A stretch of DNA of 64,000 nt from NCBI GenBank assembly GCA_963667605.2, contig CAXXUZ010000003.1, positions 1,558,992 to 1,622,991 on the forward strand, written 5' to 3'. Below are positions 33,857-44,738 of this stretch, piece after piece (within the stretch, counting starts at the first letter, position 1; the number at the start of each line of letters is the position of its first letter). The notes beneath the pieces were generated by a model. That model saw only the letters and a program-made list of their open reading frames with translations. It was not told the DNA's origin and did no database searches. Origin of the DNA: Kaistiaceae bacterium. Lineage in GTDB: Bacteria; Pseudomonadota; Alphaproteobacteria; Rhizobiales; Kaistiaceae. Both the position numbers and the translations under genes were made by a program.

Positions 33857-36616
33857 ATGCTGGACAAGACCTACGATGCGGCAATTATCGAGCCGCGAGT
33901 GAGCGCTCTGTGGGAAACCACTGGGGCGTTTAAGGCCGGCGCCGGTGCCAAGCCCGGCGCTGATGTGTTCTCCATCGCCATCCCGCCGCCCAATGTGACG
34001 GGTTCGCTCCATCTGGGGCACGCTCTTAACAACACGCTACAGGACATCCTCGTTCGCTATCACCGCATGCGCGGCTTCGACGTGTTGTGGCAGCCGGGCA
34101 CCGATCACGCGGGCATTGCCACCCAAATGGTGGTCGAACGCCAGATGATGGAGCGGCAGGAGCCGAGCCGCCGCGATCTAGGGCGTGAGCGATTCATTGA
34201 GAAGGTGTGGCAATGGAAGGCTGAATCTGGCGGTCAGATTATCAACCAGCTCAAGCGCTTGGGTGCTTCTTGCGATTGGTCGCGCGAACGTTTCACCATG
34301 GACGACGGCCTGTCACAAGCGGTGGTCAAAATATTCGTTGACCTCCATCGCCAAGGCCTCATCTATCGTGACAAACGCCTGGTCAATTGGGATCCGAAGC
34401 TACACACGGCCATCTCCGACCTGGAGGTTCAGCAGGTCGAAACGGCCGGCCATCTATGGCATTTCCGCTATCCGATCGAAGGCAGCGAACATACCATTAC
34501 CGTCGCCACCACCCGACCGGAGACAATGCTAGGCGACACCGCAATAGCAGTTCATCCGGATGACGAGCGATATCGGGAATTTGTGGGTCAGCACGTCATC
34601 CTGCCGCTGGTCGGCCGCCGCATTCCCATCGTCGCCGACGACTATGCCGACCCGGAGGCCGGCTCCGGCGCGGTCAAGATCACGCCGGCTCATGACTTCA
34701 ACGATTTCGAAGTCGGCCGCCGTCACGGCCTGTGCCAGATCAATGTCTTTGACATTGGAGCCAATCTCGTCCTTGCCGACAACGAAGCTTTCCTCGCCGA
34801 TATTCCGTCGGGTGGAGAGCTGAGTGCGACGATCGAAATACTGCATGGGCTCGACCGGTTCACAGCTCGCAATCGAATAGTGGCAATGATGGAAGAGCGA
34901 GGCCTCCTCGAACAGATCGAGGATCACGCAAGTGCGATTCCGCATGGCGATCGGTCGGGGGTGCCGATCGAGCCGTTCCTCACCGACCAATGGTATGTCG
35001 ACGCCAAGACCCTGGCTGCTCCGGCGATCGAGGCGGTTCGCTCGGGTGACACCCAGTTTGTGCCAAAGAACTGGGAGAGAACCTATTTCGACTGGATGGA
35101 GAACATCCAGCCCTGGTGCATCTCGCGGCAATTATGGTGGGGACACCAGATTCCGGCATGGTACGGCCAGGACGGCAAGGTCTTCGTCGCCGAGACCGAG
35201 GAAGAGGCGGTGGCCGAGGCGCTGGCACATTATGTGGTCGAAGGCGCCATAACCGATGCCGAGGCTCGCCGTTTCGCTGACGATCCGACGGCCCGGGCCG
35301 ATTTCCTCACTCGTGATCCCGACGTACTCGATACCTGGTTCTCATCGGCGCTCTGGCCGTTTTCGACCCTTGGCTGGCCGGAGCAGACTCCGGAATACAA
35401 ACGCTATTATCCAACCAGCGTCCTCGTCACCGCCTTTGACATCATCTTCTTCTGGATCGCCCGGATGATGATGATGGGCATACATTTCACCAAGGTCGAG
35501 CCGTTTCCGACGGTTTACATTCACGGCATCGTTCGCGACGAGAAGGGCGCGAAGATGTCGAAATCTAAGGGGAACGTCGTCGATCCTTTGGAGCTGATCG
35601 ACGCCTATGGCGCCGACGCCGTTCGCTTCACCATGGCCGCGCTTGCGACCCCCGGCCGCGACGTCAAGCCGGCGCGATCGCGGATTGAGGGCTATCGAAA
35701 TTTTGCGACTAAGCTGTGGAATGCGGCCCGGTTCGCCGAGATGAACGGGTGCGAAACACGCGCCGATTTCGACCCGGCCGCGGTTTTGCAAACGGTCAAT
35801 CGGTGGATCGTCACCGAAGCCGCGCGAGCACAGGCCGCGATCGAGGAGGCGGTAGCCGAATTCCGCTTCTCCGACGGCGCAACGGCGACCTACCGCTTCG
35901 TCTGGAACACCTATTGCGATTGGTATCTGGAGCTGGTGAAGCCGCTGCTCGCCGGCGAGGACGGAGCGGTTAAGGACGAAACCAGGGCTACAGTCGCCTT
36001 CGTTCGCGACCACATTCTGAAACTCCTTCATCCGTTCATGCCTTTTGTCACCGAAGAACTCTGGGAACGGACGGCACCGGAGAGCGTTCCCAGAGACGCG
36101 CTTTTGGCGGTGTCGGATTGGCCCCGGCTTGATTTCGAGGATGAAGCGACCGCCGACGAAATGAATTGGGTGGTCGACCTTGTTGGGCAAATTCGATCGA
36201 CGCGGACCGAAATGAATGTCCCGCCGGGGGTGCAAATGCCTTTGTCGCTAATGAGTTCGGAGCATGTCGCCGATCGCATTGGTCGGCATCGTGCTTCGGT
36301 CGCCCGGCTTGCGCGCGTCAGCGAGATCGAATTGGTCGAGGACCCGGTTCCGGGGTCAGTTCAAATCGTCGCCGGTGATGTGACCGCCTATCTCCACCTC
36401 GGCGATGTCATCGACATCGGCGGTGAGAAGGACCGGCTCGCGCGTGAATTGGAGAAGGCTGCCAAGGAGATAGCCAAGATCGACGCCAAGCTCGAAAACG
36501 AGCAGTTCATTGAAAAGGCGCCGATTGAGATCATTGAGGAGCAACGCGAGCGCCGCCGGGAAGCCGTCGCTCACAGCGACAAGCTCCGGGCCGCGATAGA
36601 GCGGCTCGAAGGCTAG
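33857..36616 (+). CDS. valS: Valine--tRNA ligase
   Basis: PPPNVTGSLHLGHA (HIGH), KMSKSKGN (KMSKS), and a C-terminal coiled coil. Confidence 0.95.
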   Translation: MLDKTYDAAIIEPRVSALWETTGAFKAGAGAKPGADVFSIAIPPPNVTGSLHLGHALNNTLQDILVRYHRMRGFDVLWQPGTDHAGIATQMVVERQMMERQEPSRRDLGRERFIEKVWQWKAESGGQIINQLKRLGASCDWSRERFTMDDGLSQAVVKIFVDLHRQGLIYRDKRLVNWDPKLHTAISDLEVQQVETAGHLWHFRYPIEGSEHTITVATTRPETMLGDTAIAVHPDDERYREFVGQHVILPLVGRRIPIVADDYADPEAGSGAVKITPAHDFNDFEVGRRHGLCQINVFDIGANLVLADNEAFLADIPSGGELSATIEILHGLDRFTARNRIVAMMEERGLLEQIEDHASAIPHGDRSGVPIEPFLTDQWYVDAKTLAAPAIEAVRSGDTQFVPKNWERTYFDWMENIQPWCISRQLWWGHQIPAWYGQDGKVFVAETEEEAVAEALAHYVVEGAITDAEARRFADDPTARADFLTRDPDVLDTWFSSALWPFSTLGWPEQTPEYKRYYPTSVLVTAFDIIFFWIARMMMMGIHFTKVEPFPTVYIHGIVRDEKGAKMSKSKGNVVDPLELIDAYGADAVRFTMAALATPGRDVKPARSRIEGYRNFATKLWNAARFAEMNGCETRADFDPAAVLQTVNRWIVTEAARAQAAIEEAVAEFRFSDGATATYRFVWNTYCDWYLELVKPLLAGEDGAVKDETRATVAFVRDHILKLLHPFMPFVTEELWERTAPESVPRDALLAVSDWPRLDFEDEATADEMNWVVDLVGQIRSTRTEMNVPPGVQMPLSLMSSEHVADRIGRHRASVARLARVSEIELVEDPVPGSVQIVAGDVTAYLHLGDVIDIGGEKDRLARELEKAAKEIAKIDAKLENEQFIEKAPIEIIEEQRERRREAVAHSDKLRAAIERLEG

Positions 36617-36685
36617 CTTCGAATCTGGGGTTCGGTGACGACAATCGCGAGAGTTCGGTCTCTTGTTCCTACCCGACCGCTTGGC

Positions 36686-38092
36686 TCAGACCGAATAGTA
36701 CATGTCGAACTCGACCGGATGCGGCATCTGCTCGAAGCGGACGACCTCCTCTTCCTGCAAAGCTAGATAGCCGTCGATCAGATCGTCGGTGAAAACGCCG
36801 TCAGCCTTGAGGAAACCACGGTCCTTGTCGAGGTTTTGCATCGCCTCGCGCAGCGAGCCTGACACAGTCGGAATCCGCTTCAGCTCGCGCGGTGGCAGAT
36901 CATAGAGATTCTTGTCGATTGGCTGGCCGGGATTGATCTTGTTTTGGATGCCGTCGAGGCCCGCCATCAGCATGGCGGCGAAAGTGAGATAGGGGTTCGC
37001 TGCCGGGTCGGGGAACCGGACCTCAACCCGCTTGCCGGCCGGTGAGGCCGCGAGCGGGATGCGGCAGGCGGCCGATCGGTTGCGGGCCGAATAGGCGAGC
37101 AGAACCGGTGCCTCATAACCGGGAACAAGCCGCTTATAGGAGTTGGTGGTGGGGTTGGCGAAGGCGTTGAGCGCCCTGGCGTGCTTGATGATTCCACCGA
37201 TATAGAACAGGCAGGTCTCGGACAGGTCGGAATATTGATTGCCGGCAAATATCGGCTTCTTGCCTTTCCAGATCGACTGGTGGACGTGCATCCCTGAGCC
37301 ATTGTCACCATAGATCGGCTTCGGCATGAAGGTCGCGGTTTTGCCGTAGGACTGGGCGACGTTGTGGATGCAGTATTTGTAGATCTGCAGATGGTCGGCC
37401 ATCGCCACCAGCGTGGTGAACTTCATGCCGAGTTCGTGCTGCGCCGAGCCAACTTCATGGTGGTGCTTCTCGACCTTGACCCCCATTCCTTCCATCGCCG
37501 CGAGCATGTCGGAGCGCATGTCTTGCGCTGAATCGACCGGCGGCACAGGGAAGTAGCCGCCTTTGGTGCGAACCCGGTGACCAAGATTGCCACCCTCAAG
37601 CGCAGCTCCCGAATTGGTCGGAAACTCGACGTCGTCCAGTTGGAATCCGGTGTTGCAGGGATCGACGCTGAAGCGGACATCGTCGAACACGAAGAACTCG
37701 GCCTCGGGACCGAAATAGGCGGTGTCGCCGATCTTGGTTTTCTTCAGATAGGCCTGCGCCTTCTTGGCCACGGAGCGCGGATCGCGATTGTAGGGTTCGC
37801 CTGTCAATGGCTCGAGCACGTCGCAAACGATCGAAAGCGTCGGATGGGCGAAGAACGGGTCGAGCGTCGCGGTCGAAACGTCGGGAAGTAGGTTCATGTC
37901 CGACTCGTTGATCACCTTCCAGCCGGCGATCGACGACCCATCGAACATCACGCCCTCCGAAAGGGCCTCCTCGTCGACAAGCGAACGGTCAAACGTAACG
38001 TGTTGCCATTTTCCGCGCGGGTCCGTGAAACGGAAATCGACATATTTGATGTCGTCGGATTTGATACGTTGCAGAACTTCCTTGGCTGTCAT
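36686..38092 (-). CDS. glnA: Glutamine synthetase type I
   Basis: [34 protein letters not shown]...GSGMHVHQS...adenylylation-loop region NLYDLPP. The start is at 38092. Confidence 0.95.
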   Translation of the reverse strand: MTAKEVLQRIKSDDIKYVDFRFTDPRGKWQHVTFDRSLVDEEALSEGVMFDGSSIAGWKVINESDMNLLPDVSTATLDPFFAHPTLSIVCDVLEPLTGEPYNRDPRSVAKKAQAYLKKTKIGDTAYFGPEAEFFVFDDVRFSVDPCNTGFQLDDVEFPTNSGAALEGGNLGHRVRTKGGYFPVPPVDSAQDMRSDMLAAMEGMGVKVEKHHHEVGSAQHELGMKFTTLVAMADHLQIYKYCIHNVAQSYGKTATFMPKPIYGDNGSGMHVHQSIWKGKKPIFAGNQYSDLSETCLFYIGGIIKHARALNAFANPTTNSYKRLVPGYEAPVLLAYSARNRSAACRIPLAASPAGKRVEVRFPDPAANPYLTFAAMLMAGLDGIQNKINPGQPIDKNLYDLPPRELKRIPTVSGSLREAMQNLDKDRGFLKADGVFTDDLIDGYLALQEEEVVRFEQMPHPVEFDMYYSV

Positions 38093-38165
38093 GATGCCTC
38101 CCCGTGAGTTTATTGTTGCTAATTTGTCGGCGGCGTTGAGCGGTCGATGGCCTCCGATTTCGATG

Positions 38166-38561
<396 letters not shown>

Positions 38562-38567
38562 TCATTT

Positions 38568-38583
38568 AGCAGAAGGCGTGCCA
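38568..38583 (-). promoter_or_regulatory. Candidate sigma-54 (-24/-12) promoter upstream of glnB
   Basis: The minus strand reads TGGCACGCCTTCTGCT, a GG-N10-GC match to TGGCAC-N5-TTGC(A/T), about 64 nt upstream of the glnB ATG. Confidence 0.4.
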
Positions 38584-38723
38584 TCTCGAACTACCGGCAA
38601 ATCGCAGCGCAATTGCACCGAATCTGGCCATTTGATCGGTCCATTTCACACCTGGCCAGAATCATCGTGCCTGAAATATAGGCAACTGCACAGCAAAGGA
38701 GCCCGAAATACTTGATCAAGCGA

Positions 38724-40214
38724 ATGCGTCCACATGAACTGCTGGGCCCCGCCGAGATGGCTGACGCCGACCGGATTACGACTGCGGGAGGCACCCCTGG
38801 CATCGAGTTGATGGAGCGCGCCGGCGCCGCTGTGGCCGAGGCGGTCCGAGGCTCCTGGTCGGGCGGGCCGATCTTGATCCTGGCCGGCCCGGGCAACAAT
38901 GGCGGCGATGGTTGGGTGGCCGCGCGTATGCTCCGCGATGCCGGTCACCGTGTCACGTTAGCGTTGCATGGCGACGGCGATCGCCTTTCGGGTGATGCCG
39001 CGATAGCGGCGTCGCGTTTTGTTGGTGTCGTCGTCGAGGCGACGCCGGAGTTGTTCCACGGTGCAGAGTTGATCATCGATGCACTGTACGGAGCGGGGAT
39101 TCGCCTGCCGCTCAGCGATGACGCTTTGGCCCTGATCGATTCCGTCAATCGCTCAGGTGCGATCGTCATCGCCGTCGATCTGCCAAGCGGTGTCGAAGGC
39201 GCCGGGGGAGAGATCGGCAGGACTGCCATTCGCGCCCGACAGACTGTCACATTCTTCCGCCTCAAGCCGGGCCATTTGCTGATGCCCGGCCGGGACCATT
39301 GCGGCGCCGTAACCCTCGCCCAGATCGGCATTGAGGACGATACTCTGGCCGAGATCCGCCCCTCGGCGTTCGTGAACGGACCGTCGCTGTGGCTCACGGC
39401 TCTACCGCGTCCGGCCCCGGCTGGCCACAAATATGATCGCGGCCATGCGGTGGTTGTGTCGGGGCCGGCTCACGCGACCGGGGCGGCGCGAATGGCAGCC
39501 ATGGCTGCTTTGCGGGTCGGCGCCGGACTGGTATCGGTGGCTTCGCCGCCAGACGCGATGGCAGTCAACGCCGCGCAGCTTACGGCGATAATGGTGCGGA
39601 AGATGGTCGGTGCCGAAGGCCTTCGCACCATTCTGGAGGATTCGCGCTTCAATGCCATCGCCATCGGTCCCGGCCTCGGCGTTGGAGAGGAGACCGCGAG
39701 GCTCGTCGAGATCGCCTTGCACAGCAAGCGCGCTCTGGTGCTCGATGCCGATGCTCTCACCAGCTTTGCCGATGAGCCTGAACGGCTGTTCGAGGCTGTC
39801 GGGCGCTCCGGCGCAAGCATTGTGATGACGCCTCATGACGGCGAATTTGCCCGCCTGTTTGATGATCTGGGTGGAGGGTCACGGCTTGCCCGCGCCCGCG
39901 CCGCGGCCCGCCGCGCCGGCACCGTGGTGGTGCTCAAAGGACCGGACACGGTCGTCGCGGAGCCAAGCGGGCGGGCGCTGATCACCGACAATGCGCCGCC
40001 AATACTGGCGACCGCCGGCTCGGGTGACGTGCTTGCCGGCCTTGTCGGTGGGTTTCTGGCGCAGGGGATGCCGGCGCTGGATGCAGCCGCAGCCGCCGTC
40101 TGGATTCACGGCGAGGCAGCATTGGCTTTCGGATCCGGCCTGATCGCCGAGGATCTCCCGACAGCCGTGCCGGCGGTACTGCGCGAACTTGCCGAATTAG
40201 CTCCGGGCGATTGA
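38724..40214 (+). CDS. nnr: Bifunctional NAD(P)H-hydrate repair enzyme (epimerase/dehydratase)
   Basis: N-terminal YjeF_N (GPGNNGGDGW) and C-terminal carbohydrate-kinase-like domain (KYDRGH..., GSGDVLAG). Confidence 0.85.
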   Translation: MRPHELLGPAEMADADRITTAGGTPGIELMERAGAAVAEAVRGSWSGGPILILAGPGNNGGDGWVAARMLRDAGHRVTLALHGDGDRLSGDAAIAASRFVGVVVEATPELFHGAELIIDALYGAGIRLPLSDDALALIDSVNRSGAIVIAVDLPSGVEGAGGEIGRTAIRARQTVTFFRLKPGHLLMPGRDHCGAVTLAQIGIEDDTLAEIRPSAFVNGPSLWLTALPRPAPAGHKYDRGHAVVVSGPAHATGAARMAAMAALRVGAGLVSVASPPDAMAVNAAQLTAIMVRKMVGAEGLRTILEDSRFNAIAIGPGLGVGEETARLVEIALHSKRALVLDADALTSFADEPERLFEAVGRSGASIVMTPHDGEFARLFDDLGGGSRLARARAAARRAGTVVVLKGPDTVVAEPSGRALITDNAPPILATAGSGDVLAGLVGGFLAQGMPALDAAAAAVWIHGEAALAFGSGLIAEDLPTAVPAVLRELAELAPGD

Positions 40215-41090
40215 AGCGGCCACTGGCTCCACCGCCACATTGTCGATTAGCCTCTTTCGGCCGAGCCTCACGGCCGCCAGAATTCGGGACGGTTCGCTGC
40301 CTTGTTTGATCACAGGCTCAAGCGTTGCCGCGTCCCGTAATTCGACATAGTCGACGTCGAACCCGGCATCGAGCAGCGATTGCCGGGCGTCCGCAATCAC
40401 CGTCATCGCCGGCACGCCGTCGTTGATCCCGGCCGCCGCTTCCACGAGAATGTGATAAAGCCGCGGTGCCACGCGCCGCTCATCGGCACCGAGATAGGCG
40501 TTGCGTGAGGAGAGGGCGAGGCCGTCGGATTCGCGGACGATCGGATACGATTCGATGGTCACCGGCATGGCGAGATCGGTGACCAGCCGACGGACGACCA
40601 GCAATTGCTGATAATCCTTCTCGCCGAATATCGCGATGTCGGGGCCGATCGCCAGGAGCAGTTTGGTGACGATCGTCGCGACCCCGGCGAAGAAATCCGG
40701 CCTGAAATCGGTCTCTAGTCCCTCTGCTGGGCCGCCAACGCTGACCGAGGTCGCAAAACCTTTCGGATATAACTCCGCTGCGCTTGGCCCAAACACCGCG
40801 TCGGCGGCATGAGCTAACTTAACAAGATCACCGTCCAACTCCCTGGGATAGGTGGGAAAATCCTCGTTAACGCCGAATTGTGTGGGATTGACGAAGATCG
40901 ACACCACGGTCCGGTCGGCCGATCGGCGTGCCCGCTCGACCAGGGCAAGGTGACCGGCATGAAGCGCGCCCATTGTCGGCACCAAGGCAATCTTCTCGCC
41001 ATTGGCGCGCCAGGCGGCGACACGGCGGCGAATTTCCGTCACGGTCTCGTCGAGCGGCGGCACGTCTTTCGTCGTCTCATCTGACATCAT
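40197..41090 (-). CDS. panC: Pantoate--beta-alanine ligase
   Basis: VPTMGALHAGHLALV...SIFVNPTQF...FGEKDYQQL. Confidence 0.9.
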   Translation of the reverse strand: MMSDETTKDVPPLDETVTEIRRRVAAWRANGEKIALVPTMGALHAGHLALVERARRSADRTVVSIFVNPTQFGVNEDFPTYPRELDGDLVKLAHAADAVFGPSAAELYPKGFATSVSVGGPAEGLETDFRPDFFAGVATIVTKLLLAIGPDIAIFGEKDYQQLLVVRRLVTDLAMPVTIESYPIVRESDGLALSSRNAYLGADERRVAPRLYHILVEAAAGINDGVPAMTVIADARQSLLDAGFDVDYVELRDAATLEPVIKQGSEPSRILAAVRLGRKRLIDNVAVEPVAASIARS

Positions 41091-41185
41091 CGCGAAACCG
41101 GATTTTAGCCATTGCGTCAAAACAAGGAGATGCCATCTTACTATTGGCTGCCGCCACCGAAAGCGTGCCGGAGCGTTCTTGTCCA

Positions 41186-41917
41186 ATGAGCAAAGTCCCG
41201 CAATCCTCCCCCGGCAATCGGCCGGCGACCAAGCCCGAAGCCGAGAGTGCGATCCGGTCGACGAGCGGTGAAGTTGAGGCCTTCCTGGCTCAAGCCCGCG
41301 CGGTCACGCCCACACCAGGGCGGAGGGGACGGCTGATCTTCGCCCTCGATGCCAGCATGAGCCGGCAGCCGACTTGGGATTCAGCGGTCCAGATTCAAAG
41401 CGAGATGTTCAAAGAAGCGGGCAAAGTGGGCGGGCTGAACGTTCAGCTTCTCTTTTACCGCGGGCTCAACCAGTGCCGGGCCAGCAAATGGGTGGGCGAC
41501 ACCGGGGTTTTGACCGAACTGATGAGCGCCATTCAAGTGCGCGGCGGCCGTACTCAGATCGGCAAGGTGCTATCGCACGCCCAACGAGAGACCAAGCGCC
41601 AGCGGGTGCAGGCGATGGTGTTTGTCGGTGACGCCCTTGAGGAGGACGTCGACTCTGTTTGCGCCAAGGCCGGCGAACTCGGCGTGCTCGGTGTCCCCGT
41701 CTTCGTGTTTCAGGAAGGTCGCGATCCCAGGGTCGAACTCGCCTATCGCGAAATCGCTCGGCTGACGGGCGGTGCTTATGCCCGCTTCGATCAGACAGCC
41801 GTCGGGGAGCTCGCCGCGTTGTTGCGCGCCGTCGCGATCTATGCCGCAGGCGGCCGAAAGGCCCTCACCGATCAGGGCGGCCACAAATCCAAACTCCTAC
41901 TCGAGCAGCTCCGCTAG
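41186..41917 (+). CDS. VWA-domain protein (MIDAS motif intact)
   Basis: LIFALDASMSRQ (DxSxS), ...GGRTQIG..., ...MVFVGDALEED. Confidence 0.7.
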   Translation: MSKVPQSSPGNRPATKPEAESAIRSTSGEVEAFLAQARAVTPTPGRRGRLIFALDASMSRQPTWDSAVQIQSEMFKEAGKVGGLNVQLLFYRGLNQCRASKWVGDTGVLTELMSAIQVRGGRTQIGKVLSHAQRETKRQRVQAMVFVGDALEEDVDSVCAKAGELGVLGVPVFVFQEGRDPRVELAYREIARLTGGAYARFDQTAVGELAALLRAVAIYAAGGRKALTDQGGHKSKLLLEQLR

Positions 41918-41919
41918 CG

Positions 41920-42627
41920 ATGCAATACGTCATTCTCGGCGGCCTTGCGGTGGCAGTCCTGTTCGGTCTCGTTCAGCTCTATGCCAGGCTGAACGTCAAA
42001 ACGCTGCTGCAATTGACCCGCTATGTCGTTGCCGCGGTCCTGATACTCGGCGGCATCGGCCTGTCGTTCGCGCGGCAGTTCCAATTCGGGTTACCGGCTA
42101 TTGTCTTCGGGCTGGTCGCGCTGTTTCGCGGACGGCTCGGGCCGCTCGACCTTGGAGCGGGGTCTAGAAGTTTGGGGCAGGCCTCGTCAGTCAAGGCACG
42201 ATTCGTGGAGGCGACGCTAGATCACGATAGCGGCGGGTTCGTTGGACGGGTTCGCGAGGGCCGCTATGCCGGCCGCGATTTGGACGATCTCGACGAGGAT
42301 GAAATCAAGGACCTCTACAGCCAGGTCACAAGCGACCCTGATTCAAGGGCCTTGCTCGAAGCTTATATCGACCGCCGTTTCCCCGGTTGGCGACAACACA
42401 GTGAGGAAGACGGTGCAACGGGGCCGGGCGGCGCGTCGGATTCTAGCGCCATGACTGATGAGGAGGCCTATGAGATCCTTGGCCTTTTGCCCGGCGCTGG
42501 CGAGGCGGAAATCCATGCGGCCCACCGCCGGCTGCTGAAAGGTGTTCACCCCGACCAGGGAGGTTCGACCTTCCTTGCCGCGCGTATCAACCAGGCGAAG
42601 GATTGGCTTCTCGGCAAACATCGTTAG
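41920..42627 (+). CDS. Membrane protein with a C-terminal J-domain (DnaJ-like, HPD motif)
   Basis: Three N-terminal TM helices, then EAYEILGLLPGAGEAEIHAAHRRLLKGVHPDQGGS. Starts 2 nt after the VWA gene's stop codon. Confidence 0.75.
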   Translation: MQYVILGGLAVAVLFGLVQLYARLNVKTLLQLTRYVVAAVLILGGIGLSFARQFQFGLPAIVFGLVALFRGRLGPLDLGAGSRSLGQASSVKARFVEATLDHDSGGFVGRVREGRYAGRDLDDLDEDEIKDLYSQVTSDPDSRALLEAYIDRRFPGWRQHSEEDGATGPGGASDSSAMTDEEAYEILGLLPGAGEAEIHAAHRRLLKGVHPDQGGSTFLAARINQAKDWLLGKHR

Positions 42628-42671
42628 ACTCCCGGTACGCCGGATATGTTGAATAAATTCTAAACGCCAGG

Positions 42672-43946
42672 TCATTGCGGCACGTAGCAGGCAATACCGC
42701 GGTGCTCGAAATCGGAGCAGGCGGCCCACGCCTCGTCCCTCGATACGAAGCCGACAAAGCGGGCGCGGTAGTGCACCACGCCATCGACGATTACGGTCTC
42801 GGTGCGTGGTGTGACGCTCGCCAGCAGCGTGCCCTCAAGCAATGTCGCCTCGGTCAGCCGTTCATACGCCGCTGCCTCCGATGGGAAGGCGCCGATCTGA
42901 ATCGCCCAGCCAATTGGCAATGGCGGAGGCGGCTGCATCGGATCGAAATCCCCTTCCGCCGCCGGCAGGATCGGTTCGGGCGGGGTGATTGCGGCTGTGA
43001 CGACCGGGTCCGTCCGCGCTGGATTGGCGCGCGGCAGCGGGACCGGGATAAGATCGAGAGGGCTGGCCACGACCAATGGCGCGGTGCGCAGTCCGGCATA
43101 GGCGCGCGGCAAGTAGGCTGCGATTAGATCGCGCATATGTTGGTCGCGTGAAGCGGAGCTGTTGCCGCCCATTACGACGGCGACCACATGGCGGTTGTCT
43201 CGCTTCAGCGATGTTACGAGATTGTAGCCGGAGGCACGAGTGTAGCCAGTTTTGATGCCGTCGACGCTGGTGACATTGCCGAGCAGATTGTTGTGGTTGC
43301 TGTATGTAACGCCGTTCCATGTGAACGAGCGGGTGGAAAAATAGCCGAAATATTGCGGGAACCGATCCTGCAGGGCCCGGCCGAGCGTCGCCATATCGCG
43401 GGCGGTCGTGATCTGCCCGGAATCCGGAAGGCCATGCGGATTTCTGAAGGTAGTTGAGTTCATCCCAAGCGAACGCGCGGTGGATGTCATCCTTTGGGCG
43501 AAAGCGGCCGCGCTCGCTGAGAGATTTTCCGCAACGGCCATCGCCACGTCATTGGCCGATTTCGTCACCAAAGCGAGGATTGCGTCCTCGACCCGAATGG
43601 TTGATCCCGCCGCTAAGCCCAACTTCGACGGTGCTTGATTGGCGGCATTGGTCGAGACGGAAAGGCGTGAGGAGAGGCTGATCTTGCCGCGCTCCAAATC
43701 CTCGAAGATGAGATAGAGCGTCATCATTTTGGTCAAGGAAGCCGGGTAGCGCCGAAGATCGGCATTGCGGGAGAACAGGACCTCTCCGGTTTTGGCATCG
43801 ACGACGATCGCCGCGTAATTGTTCTCCGCTGCGTTCACCGTACTGGTAGCTGCTATGATTGCCGCGATTGTAATTGCGGCCACCATACCGAGGCCAACGA
43901 GGGCCCTGCGAAACGAAAGCAGCATTCGAAACCGAACTCTCCGCAT
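42672..43946 (-). CDS. D-alanyl-D-alanine carboxypeptidase (S11, PBP5/6-like) with a C-terminal SPOR domain
   Basis: YPASLTKMMT (SxxK), ...SANDVA (SxN), ...KTGYT (KTG). C-terminal GWAIQIGAFPSEAAAYERL...YRARFVGF is SPOR-like. The start is at MRRVRF (43946). Confidence 0.85.
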   Translation of the reverse strand: MRRVRFRMLLSFRRALVGLGMVAAITIAAIIAATSTVNAAENNYAAIVVDAKTGEVLFSRNADLRRYPASLTKMMTLYLIFEDLERGKISLSSRLSVSTNAANQAPSKLGLAAGSTIRVEDAILALVTKSANDVAMAVAENLSASAAAFAQRMTSTARSLGMNSTTFRNPHGLPDSGQITTARDMATLGRALQDRFPQYFGYFSTRSFTWNGVTYSNHNNLLGNVTSVDGIKTGYTRASGYNLVTSLKRDNRHVVAVVMGGNSSASRDQHMRDLIAAYLPRAYAGLRTAPLVVASPLDLIPVPLPRANPARTDPVVTAAITPPEPILPAAEGDFDPMQPPPPLPIGWAIQIGAFPSEAAAYERLTEATLLEGTLLASVTPRTETVIVDGVVHYRARFVGFVSRDEAWAACSDFEHRGIACYVPQ

Positions 43947-44411
43947 CAACACAAAGCAGCCATTTTTGCTGCTGCCCAACGGTCGGCCAATCACTCCGAT
44001 CACACGCGCACTCCAACAGGCTACGGCCAATCGGCCGCAATCGAGCGGCGCGTAGGTCCAAGATTTCCCACGCGACTTTGGTCCAATCGAGGAGATGTGA
44101 GGACCGACAATCGCAGGGCCAAATGCTATGGCGACACCGTTACGAAAGGGTAAACCGCACAACATCCCGGAGCGGCGTTTCGATATGCTAGAAGGGTTTG
44201 CGGGGTCGTCCGGCTCGGCGACGGTACTGCGCGCACGAATTCGCGGCCCGGTCCCCACTGATCGACCGACGGCTTGTGGTGCCCGTCCTCACTGCCAGTG
44301 GCACCGCGGCTAGTTTTGACCGATTCAGATCGGTATTCTAGCGTTCCCGGATTGCGGGGCGCGCCGATTCACGGCAGGGTTCGGGTTGAATGTGTTCGGG
44401 TGAAGGGCTCC

Positions 44412-44729
44412 ATGCGTCGATCCGATGATGACGACCCCAGCGTCGGCGTTGCCACCAAGACCAAGCCGAAGACCAAGCGGCCGAGCCTATACCGCGTCTT
44501 GCTGCTTAATGATGACTACACGCCGATGGAGTTCGTAGTTCATGTGCTGGAGCGGTTTTTTCAAAGGAGCAGTGAGGATGCCACTAGAATCATGCTCCAT
44601 GTGCACCAACATGGAGTGGGTGAGTGCGGCGTCTACACATTCGAAGTGGCCGAGACTAAGGTCACCCAAGTGATGGATTTTGCGCGCAAGAATCAGCATC
44701 CGCTGCAATGCGTGATGGAGAAGAAGTGA
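44412..44729 (+). CDS. clpS: ATP-dependent Clp protease adaptor ClpS
   Basis: [24 protein letters not shown]...[27 protein letters not shown]. Confidence 0.9.
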   Translation: MRRSDDDDPSVGVATKTKPKTKRPSLYRVLLLNDDYTPMEFVVHVLERFFQRSSEDATRIMLHVHQHGVGECGVYTFEVAETKVTQVMDFARKNQHPLQCVMEKK

Positions 44730-44738
44730 GGATAGTCA

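Noticed and set aside
34529-36235. Antisense ORFs inside valS (34529..35131, 35342..36235). Similar ones lie inside gatA (52011..52847), ilvD (56381..57322), dgt (60290..60994), argS (62515..63162), clpA (45813..46349), leuA (12407..12919) and the GNAT gene
   Set aside because: All lie opposite strongly supported housekeeping genes and show the Arg/Gly/Asp-rich composition expected of antisense frames in GC-rich genes.
38584-38711. Full NtrC enhancer sites upstream of glnB
   Set aside because: Only half-site matches (TGCACC, GGTGCA-like) were seen, with no convincing dyad.
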